The translations under genes and the position numbers were made by a program. This document shows positions 8,693 through 18,142 of a DNA stretch of 64,000 bases, in pieces. Positions within the stretch are counted from its first letter, which is position 1. The number at the start of each line of letters is the position of its first letter. The notes under the pieces are model-generated. The model saw only the letters and a list, made by a program, of their open reading frames with translations. It ran no database searches and was not told where the DNA came from. Origin of the DNA: an uncultured delta proteobacterium (GTDB lineage: Bacteria; Desulfobacterota; Binatia; Binatales; Binataceae); assembly GCA_963810495.1 (NCBI GenBank), contig CAWENP010000019.1:8710-72709 (forward strand). Reading direction: 5' to 3'.

Positions 8693-8971
8693 GGCGTACC
8701 TTTATAACTCACACCGTGAGTCGAGCCAACCGTAAAAGAGTAAATCAGCGAATCAGCCGCCTTGACAGTCTTTGCGCCGCTGCTTCAACATTGGACCTGC
8801 GCTCCGCGATCATTTGCCGGGCAACCGCCCTGCGCCGCTCGCCCGATGTCCGACGCGGCAGTCGCGGCGGACGCGCGATATCGTTCGAGTCCAACGAGGA
8901 AGGTGGAGGCAATGGAGCGGAAGCGACGGACTTTACCACGATCCATATCAGGATCAATGTATTCAACAATC

Positions 8972-9877
8972 ATGCGCCCGAAACTTATATGCGCCCGCAC
9001 GCTCGCGCTGGCGGCAGCCGCCGCGTTGGCCGTAGCGCTGGCCGGCGGATGCCACCACGAGACGGTCGACGAGTACCTGAACGCCGGAGACGAGGCGATG
9101 CAGAAGACGGAACTGCCGCAAGCCGAACAGAACTACCAGGCCGCGGCCAAGGCCGCGCCCGACGACCCGCGGGTCCATGTCGCGCTCGGCAATCTGTACG
9201 TCTTCGAACAGAAGCCGACGCTGGCGCAGGTGGAATTCATGCGGGTGCTCGAACTCCAGCCGGACAACGTCGCCGCGCATTCGGCGCTGGGCGGACTTTA
9301 CGAGTCGCAGTCCCAGATGGGCGCGGCGCTAGAGCAATACCTCGCGGCGGTCGCGCTCAAGCCGGCCGACCCGGCCTGTCATCTCCAACTCGGTTCGATG
9401 CTCGCGAAGGCGAACAAGCCGGGATGGGCCGAGCTCGAACTGCGCACCGCGATCGGGCTTCAACCCAAAAATGCGCAGGCTCACCTGGCGCTCGCCAACC
9501 TGTTAAATGCGACCCCCAATGGCAAGGCTGAGGCCGACACCGAGTATGCCGAAGTGCGCGCGCTCGATCCGCATCTGTTGCCCGCTCCACCGCCGAGCGC
9601 GGTCGTGCCAGCGGCGCCGGGCGCGGCGCCCAGCGCGGAAGCCGCCGTGGCACCTTCCGCTCCCGGCGTCGCGCAGCACAAGCTCAAGCCGCTTAATCGC
9701 AAGTTCAAGTTGTCCAAAGACTCAGCGGTCTACCAGGCGGCCGACAGCTCCACCGCCGTGGTCGGCCAAGTGCATCACGGGCACTTCGTCCATGTCACCG
9801 GAATCCAGGGAAATTGGCTCCAGGTGACGCTCCGCAACGGCACCGTCGGCTTTATCCCGGTGACCGCAGCCGAGTAG
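8972..9877 (+). CDS. TPR-repeat lipoprotein with C-terminal SH3b-like domain
   Basis: ATG 8972 gives MRPKLICARTLALAAAAALAVALAGGC (lipobox). Several TPR-like units (AEQNYQAAAKAAPDDPRVHVALGNLY...). C-terminal AVVGQVHHGHFVHVTGIQGNWLQVTLRNGTVGFIP. Confidence 0.7.
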   Translation: MRPKLICARTLALAAAAALAVALAGGCHHETVDEYLNAGDEAMQKTELPQAEQNYQAAAKAAPDDPRVHVALGNLYVFEQKPTLAQVEFMRVLELQPDNVAAHSALGGLYESQSQMGAALEQYLAAVALKPADPACHLQLGSMLAKANKPGWAELELRTAIGLQPKNAQAHLALANLLNATPNGKAEADTEYAEVRALDPHLLPAPPPSAVVPAAPGAAPSAEAAVAPSAPGVAQHKLKPLNRKFKLSKDSAVYQAADSSTAVVGQVHHGHFVHVTGIQGNWLQVTLRNGTVGFIPVTAAE

Positions 9878-9914
9878 CAGCAGGCAAACCGGCCCCAAAG
9901 CAGGAGAACCAATC

Positions 9915-10622
9915 ATGGCCAATGAGGTAGTCGCACAGGACGTAACGTTCGCGGGTAAAGCCGGCCAGCTCAAGGCCTACGTCGCTCACCAGGGCGGCGG
10001 CGGCGCTCCGCGCCCGGCGGTCATCGTGGTGCAGGAGTGGTGGGGACTCGACGACCATATCCGTGACGTCGCGCGGCGCTTCGCGAAGGAGGGCTATTTC
10101 GCGGTCGCGCCCGATCTCTACTCGCGCCAGGGTCACCAGGTGACCAAGGACCCCAACGTCGCGGGCGAGCTGATGTCGAAACTCGCGCCGGCCGACGGCA
10201 TCGACGACCTGTTGAGCACGGTCGCGTGGATCAAGAACCAAAAGGAGGCCAACGGCGCGCGTATCGGGGTGATCGGTTTCTGCATGGGCGGCAGCTATGC
10301 GATGGCGCTGCCGTGCGTGAGCAGGGACATCAAGGCCGCGGCGCCGTTTTACGGCGAGGTCCCTGGCGACGATCAACTGCAGAATCTCAACTGCCCGGTG
10401 TTCTACGCATACGGCGAGAATGATGGATGGATCACGCGGGCAGACGTCGACCGGCTCGCCGCCGGGCTGAAGAAGTTCAACAAGCGCGGCGAAGTGAAAA
10501 TCTACAAGGGCTGCTCGCACGGCTTCTTCAACGACACGCGCAAGGATGTCTACGCCGCGGCCGAAGCGCGCGACGCGTGGGGCAAGGCGATCGCGCTGTT
10601 CAAGGAAAATCTTGGCGCCTAG
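9915..10622 (+). CDS. dienelactone hydrolase family protein
   Basis: VVQEWWGL, the nucleophile context GVIGFCMGG, and C-terminal HGFFND. Confidence 0.8.
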   Translation: MANEVVAQDVTFAGKAGQLKAYVAHQGGGGAPRPAVIVVQEWWGLDDHIRDVARRFAKEGYFAVAPDLYSRQGHQVTKDPNVAGELMSKLAPADGIDDLLSTVAWIKNQKEANGARIGVIGFCMGGSYAMALPCVSRDIKAAAPFYGEVPGDDQLQNLNCPVFYAYGENDGWITRADVDRLAAGLKKFNKRGEVKIYKGCSHGFFNDTRKDVYAAAEARDAWGKAIALFKENLGA

Positions 10623-12006
10623 CGCCAGACCACCCGGACCGCGCGGGCATCTGCTGCTCGGCAGCCTGCGCGAGGTACAGCGCGAGCCGCTCGGACTTCT
10701 GCGCGACGGCTTTCGCAACCACGGCGACGTCGTGAGCTTTCGCTTCGGCTCCACGCGCGCACTGCTCCTCGCGCATCCCGACCACATCGGGCACGTCCTC
10801 CACGACAACCATCGCAACTACGACAAGCACAACGTGGACTACGCGATGCTGCGCCGCCTGCTCGGCAACGGCCTGCTGACCAGCGACGGCGCGTTCTGGC
10901 ATCGCCAGCGCCGGCTGATGGCGCCGATGTTCCATCGCCAGCGCGTGGCCGGATTCTGCAACCTGATGGTCAACAGCACGCTCGAGATGCTCGAGCGATG
11001 GGACGCGCTGGCGCAAAGCGGCGAGCCTTTCGACATCGCGGCCGAGATGACGCGGCTTACGCTCACGATCGTGGCCAGGGCGCTGTTCAGCGCCGATGTG
11101 AGCGACGATGCCGAGGCGATTGGCGTGGCGCTGACCGAGGTCAACCGCCAGTTGGGCGAATTCAGCCTGCTCGACATGTTCTGGATGATTCCGACGGCGC
11201 GCAAGCGGCGCTTTCGCACCGCCGTTCGCGCGCTCGACGAGGTGGTGGGCAAGATTGTCGAGCAGCGCCGCCACGCGACGTTTCGCAACGAGGACTTGCT
11301 CTCGATGCTGCTCGACGCGGTCGACGAGGAGACCAGCAAAGGGATGACGCCGCGCCAGGTGCGCGACGAGGTGCTGACGCTGCTGCTGGCCGGTCACGAA
11401 ACCACCGCCAACGCGCTGGCCTGGACCTGGTACTTACTTGCGCAAAACCCCGAGGCCGAGAACAAACTCCACGACGAGATCGCGAGCGCGCTCGGCGAGC
11501 GCGCGCCCGGCGCGCTTGACCTGCCGCAACTCTCTTATACCCGGATGGTGATCGAAGAATCGATGCGGCTCTATCCGCCGGCATGGGCGATTTCCCGCAA
11601 CGCCATCGGCGAGGACGAGATTGGCGGCTATCGCGTCCGGCCCAGGACCAACATCATCATCTGCAGCTTCGTCACCCATCGCCATCCCGCATTCTGGGAG
11701 GAGCCCGAACGCTTCGACCCCGAGCGCTTCTCGCCCGAACGCTCGCGGCGGCGGGCGGGCTTCGCCTACCTGCCGTTCGGCGGCGGCCCGCGAATCTGTA
11801 TCGGCAACGCTTTCGCGATGACCGAGGCGCAACTGGTCGTGGCGACGATGGCCCAGCGCTATCGGATGCGGCTGGTGCCCCGGCATCCGGTGGAACTCCA
11901 TCCACTGGTCACACTGCGTCCGCGCCACGGGATACGGATGACGCTGCATCCAGCCGACGCCGACGTCGCCGTCGCCGCGGAAACTCGCGATCGCGCCTCG
12001 CGATGA
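10546..12006 (+). CDS. cytochrome P450
   Basis: PPGPRGHLLLGSL N-terminus, I-helix LLLAGHETTA, ESMRLYPP, haem loop FGGGPRICIGNAFA. The start is uncertain. An in-frame TTG at 10612 would remove the overlap with the upstream gene. Confidence 0.9.
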   Translation: MSTPRPKRATRGARRSRCSRKILAPSARPPGPRGHLLLGSLREVQREPLGLLRDGFRNHGDVVSFRFGSTRALLLAHPDHIGHVLHDNHRNYDKHNVDYAMLRRLLGNGLLTSDGAFWHRQRRLMAPMFHRQRVAGFCNLMVNSTLEMLERWDALAQSGEPFDIAAEMTRLTLTIVARALFSADVSDDAEAIGVALTEVNRQLGEFSLLDMFWMIPTARKRRFRTAVRALDEVVGKIVEQRRHATFRNEDLLSMLLDAVDEETSKGMTPRQVRDEVLTLLLAGHETTANALAWTWYLLAQNPEAENKLHDEIASALGERAPGALDLPQLSYTRMVIEESMRLYPPAWAISRNAIGEDEIGGYRVRPRTNIIICSFVTHRHPAFWEEPERFDPERFSPERSRRRAGFAYLPFGGGPRICIGNAFAMTEAQLVVATMAQRYRMRLVPRHPVELHPLVTLRPRHGIRMTLHPADADVAVAAETRDRASR

Positions 12007-12054
12007 CGACGTGTTGCGCTAAGCGTTACGAGAACTGGCAAGAACTAGCGAAAA

Positions 12055-12519
12055 CTAGCGATAGATCATATTGATCGAAAGCGTAAGGACGCCCTTGCCC
12101 GCGTATTGAAACTTGCACTGATCGAATGATGGTGCCCTGAGCGTCGGATATACGTTGTTGGTGAATCCGTAACCCTCGAGCGGATAACCGAACCTGCGAT
12201 CGAATTTGCCGTTGCCGTTTTCGTCATGAAACACGGTAGCGGCGTAGGCGCCGGCCGGCAGCCCCTTGAACTCGCACACGGCCTTGTTGCCCTCAATAGG
12301 CACCGAAATTTTACGGAACTCGGTGCCGACGGTGGTAAATTCAGCGGAGTTCGCGCTCGACCATAGCGAGCAAATCACGGAGCCTTTCTGATTGCGCACG
12401 CCATTCACCACGATGCGGATTTCGTCCGGCTGAGCCGCCGGTTGCGAGTGAGCGATACACGGCGCGAGCGTAAATCCGATTGCCATGGCGAGTGCCAATG
12501 CGAAGCGTCTGGACTTCAT
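12055..12519 (-). CDS. DUF2141-like periplasmic beta-sandwich protein
   Basis: Signal peptide plus GSVICSLWSS...FHDENGNGKFDRRFGYPLEGYGFTNN, which I recall as DUF2141. Confidence 0.55.
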   Translation of the reverse strand: MKSRRFALALAMAIGFTLAPCIAHSQPAAQPDEIRIVVNGVRNQKGSVICSLWSSANSAEFTTVGTEFRKISVPIEGNKAVCEFKGLPAGAYAATVFHDENGNGKFDRRFGYPLEGYGFTNNVYPTLRAPSFDQCKFQYAGKGVLTLSINMIYR

Positions 12520-12561
12520 CCTGATTATTTTTTGCTCTCCGTAAGTCGGGCCTTGACGCTA

Positions 12562-13293
12562 TCAGTGCTTGCCGTAGTCAAGCGCCACGCCTTTGCGCTG
12601 CGCGTAGATATAGGCCTCGAGCGCGCGCAGCTTCGAATCGTTGGGGTCGAGCGCCTTGCCCTTGATTGGGTTCTCGATACACCAGTCGATCATGTCGCGC
12701 AGCAGCGCGACCCGCTGAAGCTGGACTTGATACTTGGGATAGGTCTCGGGATGCGTATTGGCGGCATCGGGATGGCACATGTCGCAGCTTATTCCGATCG
12801 TACTGCCGAGCGCCTTGGCGTCGTGAAAAACGCTCTTGCCTTCGGCGACGAACTTGTCAGTCTCGGCTTTCCAGACTTTGTAGTCGCGCGGCTGAAAGCT
12901 CGCGTACGTGTCGCCCTGCTGGACCGCTAGTGAGGGCGCCGCAGCAGGGGCTTGAGTACCCGACGTTGTCGCAGTCGAGGACTTGGGGTTCGGCGGTGTG
13001 GCTTGGGCGACTTCCCATCGCTCGCCCGGATGCGCCCGTCGCCACTGGCCCATCAAGTCGTCGCTCACGGCCTGCGCTCGCGCGCGCGACATCATCTGTC
13101 CGGGCTTTAAGTTCTTGACCTCGATGCTGGTCTTGCCGTCGCAGAGCATCACGACCGTGCCGCCGCTTTGCGCCGTGGGAACGTCGTGAGTCGTCGCCGC
13201 CTGCTGCGCATACGAACGCGCGCCACGGATCGCCAGGGCTGCGCCCGCGATCGCGGTTCCAAGCATCAAGAGAACTATTCGTCTGGAGATCAT
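12562..13293 (-). CDS. mono-haem c-type cytochrome domain protein (SoxA/TsdA-like C-terminal region)
   Basis: ATG 13293 gives the signal-like MISRRIVLLMLGTAIAGAALA. One CxxCH (CDMCH). It is followed by LLRDMIDWCIENPIKGKALDPNDSKLRALEAYIY. Confidence 0.6.
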   Translation of the reverse strand: MISRRIVLLMLGTAIAGAALAIRGARSYAQQAATTHDVPTAQSGGTVVMLCDGKTSIEVKNLKPGQMMSRARAQAVSDDLMGQWRRAHPGERWEVAQATPPNPKSSTATTSGTQAPAAAPSLAVQQGDTYASFQPRDYKVWKAETDKFVAEGKSVFHDAKALGSTIGISCDMCHPDAANTHPETYPKYQVQLQRVALLRDMIDWCIENPIKGKALDPNDSKLRALEAYIYAQRKGVALDYGKH

Positions 13294-13336
13294 TGTCGCC
13301 TCGTCGAATGAGAGACCATCGAGTATCGGTTGGCGA

Positions 13337-14482
13337 TCAATAGCTCGCGAACTGCGGCGCGGGCGGGCGATAGACCTTGCCATGCGATCTGAGGTATTGC
13401 GCGCGCACCGTGACCGGGTTGCGGTCCCACAGGTTGTACATCATGTCAGCCAGTCCTTCCTTGCTGACATTGACCTGGCCGTCACCGAGGCCGTCGAGCT
13501 GATCGTACGGATCGGCGCGGTTCATCTGCACGGTGAGCGGCGGCAAGCCTTGCGGCGCGTAGGGCCATGGCCACGCGGTCGAGAGCATCCCGTAAAAACT
13601 GATGTTGCCAATCTGGTTGAAGAGCATCTGGTGCGTATGGCCATGGATTACGGTCACGTTGTGGTAGGGCCTGAGCAGCGCCTGCACCTGTTCGGCGTCG
13701 TCGGTCCAGAAATTCCAGTTGCGGTAATATTTGTAGAGCGGCGAGTGCGAGAACACGAGCAGCGGCGTGGTGGCCGGCACCTTGGCAAGATCTTTTTTAA
13801 TCCATGCACGCTGTGCCGCACCAACTTCGAAGCGCGACTGAATCCCGTTGTCCAATCCCGCGACGATCTGCATTCGTTCGGCAGGCGTGAACCTGCCGGT
13901 CCAGAAATCCTTCTCGTACACGCTCATCAGGACGATCACGTGGACGCCCTTCCAGTCGAACGAATAAGTCGGCGGACCGAACAGCTCCTGCCACTTGTCG
14001 CCCAGGTCGTAAAACCAGTCGTGCTCGCCGACCATTATCTTGACCGGCGCCTTAAGCATCGAGAGGATTTCCTTGCCCTGCTGCAATTCCTCGGGCCGGC
14101 CCAACTGCGCCAGGTCGCCGCCGAACAGCACGAAGTCGGGCTGCGGATCGAGCGCGTTGACGTCCTCGACCGCCTTGACCGCGCCTTTGACGAAGCGCTG
14201 ATTGAGCGTTCGCACGTACATGTGCGTGTCGGAGATATACGCGAAGGTAAACGGCGGCGTTCCCGGCGCGCCGGCCGCACTCGCGCTCTTGTCCAGCGCC
14301 GCCTCGGCCACGTTGACGAGCTGAAAGGTGTGCGGCGGCATCAGACCCTTGGCCAGAACGGCGGCGGCGCTCGCTCCAAGGACCTTCAGGAAGGTGCGGC
14401 GGTCGAGCCGTCGCAGCCCGCGCAGCACCGTATCGCGATCTTCCATGTATTTGGTTTCGACGCTCTTATGCCGTGCCGCCAT
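13337..14482 (-). CDS. TAT-exported metallophosphoesterase (calcineurin-like)
   Basis: Twin-arginine RRLDRRTFLKVLGASAAA. Phosphoesterase motifs ISDTH, GGDLAQ, VGEHD, FSHSPL, IHGHTHQ. Confidence 0.8.
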   Translation of the reverse strand: MAARHKSVETKYMEDRDTVLRGLRRLDRRTFLKVLGASAAAVLAKGLMPPHTFQLVNVAEAALDKSASAAGAPGTPPFTFAYISDTHMYVRTLNQRFVKGAVKAVEDVNALDPQPDFVLFGGDLAQLGRPEELQQGKEILSMLKAPVKIMVGEHDWFYDLGDKWQELFGPPTYSFDWKGVHVIVLMSVYEKDFWTGRFTPAERMQIVAGLDNGIQSRFEVGAAQRAWIKKDLAKVPATTPLLVFSHSPLYKYYRNWNFWTDDAEQVQALLRPYHNVTVIHGHTHQMLFNQIGNISFYGMLSTAWPWPYAPQGLPPLTVQMNRADPYDQLDGLGDGQVNVSKEGLADMMYNLWDRNPVTVRAQYLRSHGKVYRPPAPQFASY

Positions 14483-14511
14483 GGCTTAGCTTCCTCGTGG
14501 ATAAGATGTTG

Positions 14512-15810
14512 TCAGTCGCCGCCGAGCAGCGCGGGATTCTCTTCGTTCTGTGGCGGAGTCATATCGCCGAACGGACCCTTGAAGCCGGGACCGAGGCCGC
14601 TCTTGCCCATCGCAGCCGCCTCGTCGCGCTGCGGTCGATCGGTCTTGGCGCGTGCGCGCTGCTTTTCTAGCTCTTCGTTCGCCGCGTTCGCGTATTCGGG
14701 ACTGGTCAAGGTGGCGAGGAGGGCGACGAGGTCGGCTTCTTCGGATTCGCTAAGGCCGAGCGGCAGCAATCCGCCGTCGAGATAAGGATTCGGCACGCCG
14801 CCCTTGTTGTAGTGATCCAGAACGTCCCACAGTGTCTGCTGCGAGCCGTCATGGAAGTAGGGTTGAGTCACCAGCAGGTTGCGCAAGCCCATCGTGCGGA
14901 AGCCGCCGATATCGTGCACCTGTTTGGTTACGAGAAAGCGCCCGAGCCCGCTCATGTCGGTCTGGATTGCGAGTTGGTCGAGTTGCTGCGAGCCGCCGCC
15001 ACCCTGCGCTATAAGCACCAGCGCCTTGCGCGCCAGCGGAACGAAGTCCGCCTTGTGCGCCGATACGCCGATGTTGTGAAACCGGTTGTCGGTAAAAAGC
15101 GGCTGCGTCGGGTTCCATCCATGGCAGGTCATGCAGCGGCCCTTGCCGTTGAACAGCGACCATCCGCGCTTGGCGCTGGCGCTGATGGCGTTCTGATCAC
15201 CCGCCATGAAGCGGTCGAACGGAGTATCGAAAGCGATCTGCGTGCGCTCGTAGGCCGCGATCGCTTTTTCGATATTGTCCATCGTGATCGCGCCGTTGAA
15301 TACTGTCTGGAATGACTGTTGGTATTCGGAAATCCCCTTCACCTTGGCGACTACGTCGTCGAGGCTCTTGTTGCCCATCTCGACCGGGTTAACAGTCGGG
15401 CCTTCGATTTGTTTCTCCAGCGTCGGGGCGCGGCCGTCCCAGAACTGGAGCGTGTTGAAGAGCGCGTTCAAAACGGTCGGGGCGTTGCGCTGTCCGAAAG
15501 CGTGATGAATACCCATCGAGGTCGGCAGTTGATCGGTGAACCCTTTGGCGGGCGAATGGCATTGGTCGCACGACACCTTGCCATCGGCCGAAAGCCGATC
15601 ATCGAAGAAGAGTTTTCGCCCCAGCTCGACCTTTGCCGGCGTCTGCGGATTGTCAGCCGGTATGACCCACGAATAGAGATCGGCGGGAAAACCTTTCTGG
15701 TTGAGCGGCTTGGGCGCGGCGAGCGGAACCGATTGGTCGGCGCCCACGGTGGTCATCGACGCAATCGCGACGGCGCAGAGAATCGTGGATGCGAGCAGCC
15801 TGGCTTTCAT
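14512..15810 (-). CDS. di-haem cytochrome c peroxidase / MauG family
   Basis: Signal peptide, two CxxCH motifs (CDQCHS, CMTCHG), FWDGRA, NIGV, PYFHDGS. Confidence 0.9.
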   Translation of the reverse strand: MKARLLASTILCAVAIASMTTVGADQSVPLAAPKPLNQKGFPADLYSWVIPADNPQTPAKVELGRKLFFDDRLSADGKVSCDQCHSPAKGFTDQLPTSMGIHHAFGQRNAPTVLNALFNTLQFWDGRAPTLEKQIEGPTVNPVEMGNKSLDDVVAKVKGISEYQQSFQTVFNGAITMDNIEKAIAAYERTQIAFDTPFDRFMAGDQNAISASAKRGWSLFNGKGRCMTCHGWNPTQPLFTDNRFHNIGVSAHKADFVPLARKALVLIAQGGGGSQQLDQLAIQTDMSGLGRFLVTKQVHDIGGFRTMGLRNLLVTQPYFHDGSQQTLWDVLDHYNKGGVPNPYLDGGLLPLGLSESEEADLVALLATLTSPEYANAANEELEKQRARAKTDRPQRDEAAAMGKSGLGPGFKGPFGDMTPPQNEENPALLGGD

Positions 15811-15899
15811 TGCGCCCTCCTCGCGGCTGGTCGAAAGCTTGAAGTCATCTAGGGCATCCTGGAACGAGGCCTCAGGTGCTGGAAAAGCGATTGTGTTGC

Positions 15900-15918
15900 A
15901 ACCTGATCCAATCAGGTT
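15900..15918. promoter_or_regulatory. perfect 8-3-8 palindrome AACCTGAT-CCA-ATCAGGTT about 90 nt upstream of the peroxidase gene
   Basis: Read directly. It lies in the 269-nt intergenic region 5' of 14512..15810 (minus strand). Confidence 0.35.
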
Positions 15919-16079
15919 GGAAACATTCTTATCGAGGACGACCGCTAATTTTTACCGTAGTCCGCGAAAAGCGCAAACAGCGTGATGTTGCAAAATTCAA
16001 CGCTCAGGGATCAGCATTAGTTCCCTGCCTTCTGCTCCTCTCCTTGTCCTTGTCCAAGGAACGTGTTGGGGTTAAAGAT

Positions 16080-18005
16080 TCAAGTAGGTGGCGCGTTGTC
16101 GCGGTCGGCAGTGCCCGCGGGCGGCCATAGTGCTGCGGGATCGAGATGCGGTCCGCGCAGATAAATCAGCCGGCCGTCGGCGCCGTCGCGCTCCGAGAGC
16201 CATCGCGCGGCGATCGCCATCGCGTCGAGTTCATCGCGCACCACCGGCCGGGCGCGGTAGCGCTCGTAATTCGCGGCTACGAATTCCACGACCGCCTGCG
16301 TGTCGGCGGCCTCCGCGAGCGGACGCGTCAGTGCAAGCCGCCCGCTCAGCACCACGTGCGCTCGCATCGAGGCGCTTGCGTCCGCGACCCCTCCTACAAT
16401 GATGACGAGATTGTTTTCGGTGACGACGCGGCTTAGCCGCTCGGCACGCGAGGCCAGCGTGGTGAGCGCGGTCAGCTCGCGCTTAAAGCGCGCCGCTTCC
16501 TCGAACCGCATCGCGCGTGCCGCGTCGTCGCGCGCGCGAGCCAATTCGCCGAGCAGCGGCCCGCTCCGCCCGCGCAAAAATTCGACCGCGCGCCGCACTC
16601 GCGCGCCATACGCGTCTTCGTCGGCGCTCAGATTGCACGGCATCGCGCAGTGTCCCATCTGGCCATACATGCATGGCGAGAAATCATCCTTGGGCGTGAG
16701 CTTGCCGGCGCACGTGCGCATCCCCAGGATACGTCCGAGGGCGCGCACCGCACGATCGACTCCGCCTCGTCCGACGAACGGCCCAAGCTGCATCACGCCG
16801 CGACGCGCTGAAAGTTTGGTCGAAAGCACCAGGCGCGGAAAGGCGTCCATCAGATCGAGCCGCACGAAGTACGCCTGCGCCATCCCCTTGAGCATCCGGT
16901 TGTGCGGCGGCTTGAGTTCGCGGATGAGCCGCGCCTCGAGCAGCGCCGCGTCGAGCGCGGACGGCGTCACCCGCGTGTCGATTGTGTAGACGTGGCTCAC
17001 CAGGTCGGCGGTCTTGGCGTTGATCGTGATGCCGCCGTTGAAATACGACGCAACACGCTCGCGCAGGCGCCGCGCCTTGCCGACGTAGAGCAGATCGCCG
17101 CGCTCGTTGCGCATCAGGTAAACCCCGGGTGCCATCGGCAGTGCCGCGATCGCCTCAGGCGGGACGTGGCGCTCGATCCTGCGGCCGGCGGCGCCGCGGC
17201 TATGCAGATCGATCAGCCGGTCGACGCGGGTGATTCCGCTTTGCGCCGCGATGTCGAGAAAAATCGACAGCAGCTCGGCCGCCATCCGCGCGTCACCTAG
17301 CCCGCGATGGCGTCCCTCGGTCGAAAGGCCGAAATGCTCGGCCAACGCGTCGAGCCGGCGGCGGCGCAGCGACGGCGCGAAGCGGCGCGAGAGCCTGAGC
17401 GTGCACAACACCGGGTTCTTGAGCCCCATCCCGAAAACGCGGCGGAACTCGAAATCGAGGAACGCGAAATCGAACTGCGCGTTGTGTGCGACCAGCACCG
17501 CGTCGCCCAGGAAATCGCGAAATGCCGGCAGCACGCTCTCGATCGGCGGTGCGCCGGCCACCATCTCGTTGGTGATCGACGTAAGCCGCGTGACAAAAGG
17601 CGAGATCGGTCCGCGCGGGCGCACCAGCGTCGCAAACGATTCGGTCATCCGCGGACCTTCCATGCGGTACGCGCCGATCTCGGTAATCGCGCCGGGACCG
17701 GGGCGGCCGCCGGTGGTCTCGAGATCGACCACCACGTAGCGCCCTCGATCCAGCGGCACTTTCAGCGCCTCGCTCGCGCGCAACGCCCACATGCCGCTTT
17801 GAGGGTCGAACACGAAATTCGGATCGCCGTCGAGCAGACGATGAACGATACGCGGGCCGAGTTCCGGGTCAGAGCCGGCGCCGGCAAAGAGCAGGCCGAC
17901 CAATTCGCCGGTATGCGCGCCGGCTACCTGGCGCTCGAGATAAGCGTAGAGCTTCTCGCGCGCGGTCGCGCCTGAATACCGATGCTCGAGTTCGCAAGCT
18001 CCCAC
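16080..18005 (-). CDS. fusion protein: DEDDh 3'-5' exonuclease (DnaQ-like) + GIY-YIG/UvrC-like nuclease (Cho-like)
   Basis: Exo motifs VVVDLETTGG, AHNAQFDFAF, HRGLGDA. GIY-YIG GVYLMRNERGDLLYVGKARRLRERVASYF. A UvrB-interaction-like helix follows downstream. Confidence 0.8.
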   Translation of the reverse strand: MGACELEHRYSGATAREKLYAYLERQVAGAHTGELVGLLFAGAGSDPELGPRIVHRLLDGDPNFVFDPQSGMWALRASEALKVPLDRGRYVVVDLETTGGRPGPGAITEIGAYRMEGPRMTESFATLVRPRGPISPFVTRLTSITNEMVAGAPPIESVLPAFRDFLGDAVLVAHNAQFDFAFLDFEFRRVFGMGLKNPVLCTLRLSRRFAPSLRRRRLDALAEHFGLSTEGRHRGLGDARMAAELLSIFLDIAAQSGITRVDRLIDLHSRGAAGRRIERHVPPEAIAALPMAPGVYLMRNERGDLLYVGKARRLRERVASYFNGGITINAKTADLVSHVYTIDTRVTPSALDAALLEARLIRELKPPHNRMLKGMAQAYFVRLDLMDAFPRLVLSTKLSARRGVMQLGPFVGRGGVDRAVRALGRILGMRTCAGKLTPKDDFSPCMYGQMGHCAMPCNLSADEDAYGARVRRAVEFLRGRSGPLLGELARARDDAARAMRFEEAARFKRELTALTTLASRAERLSRVVTENNLVIIVGGVADASASMRAHVVLSGRLALTRPLAEAADTQAVVEFVAANYERYRARPVVRDELDAMAIAARWLSERDGADGRLIYLRGPHLDPAALWPPAGTADRDNAPPT

Positions 18006-18142
18006 AGCCCCATCTACCGCGCTTCGCGTTATGTTCGCTTTAGCAGACCCGGCGGCGAAAGCCTATCCCTGCGTGCGATGCGCTTTGCCGGCCCGGGTTT
18101 GGACGCGATACGCTAGACGGACGGCACGGCTGGAAATTTTCG

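Noticed and set aside
13382-14785. 467-aa plus-strand ORF. Comparable long shadow ORFs occur at 9852..10817(-), 27661..29073(+), 33106..34242(+), 43122..44318(+), 47000..48418(-), 51071..52066(-), 52175..53029(+), 58234..59217(-) and 59371..60567(-).
   Set aside because: Each lies opposite a gene with clear family motifs (metallophosphoesterase, dienelactone hydrolase/P450, hisC, mutL, moaA, MMPL, IDH-family, LpxL-like, bamA). Each has Arg/Ala/Gly/His-biased composition and no motifs. I treat them as non-coding.
15976-15995. GTTGCAAAATTCAAC near the peroxidase promoter as a possible FNR box
   Set aside because: Only the outer GTTG/CAAC bases are symmetric, and the half-sites do not match TTGAT-N4-ATCAA at the correct spacing.
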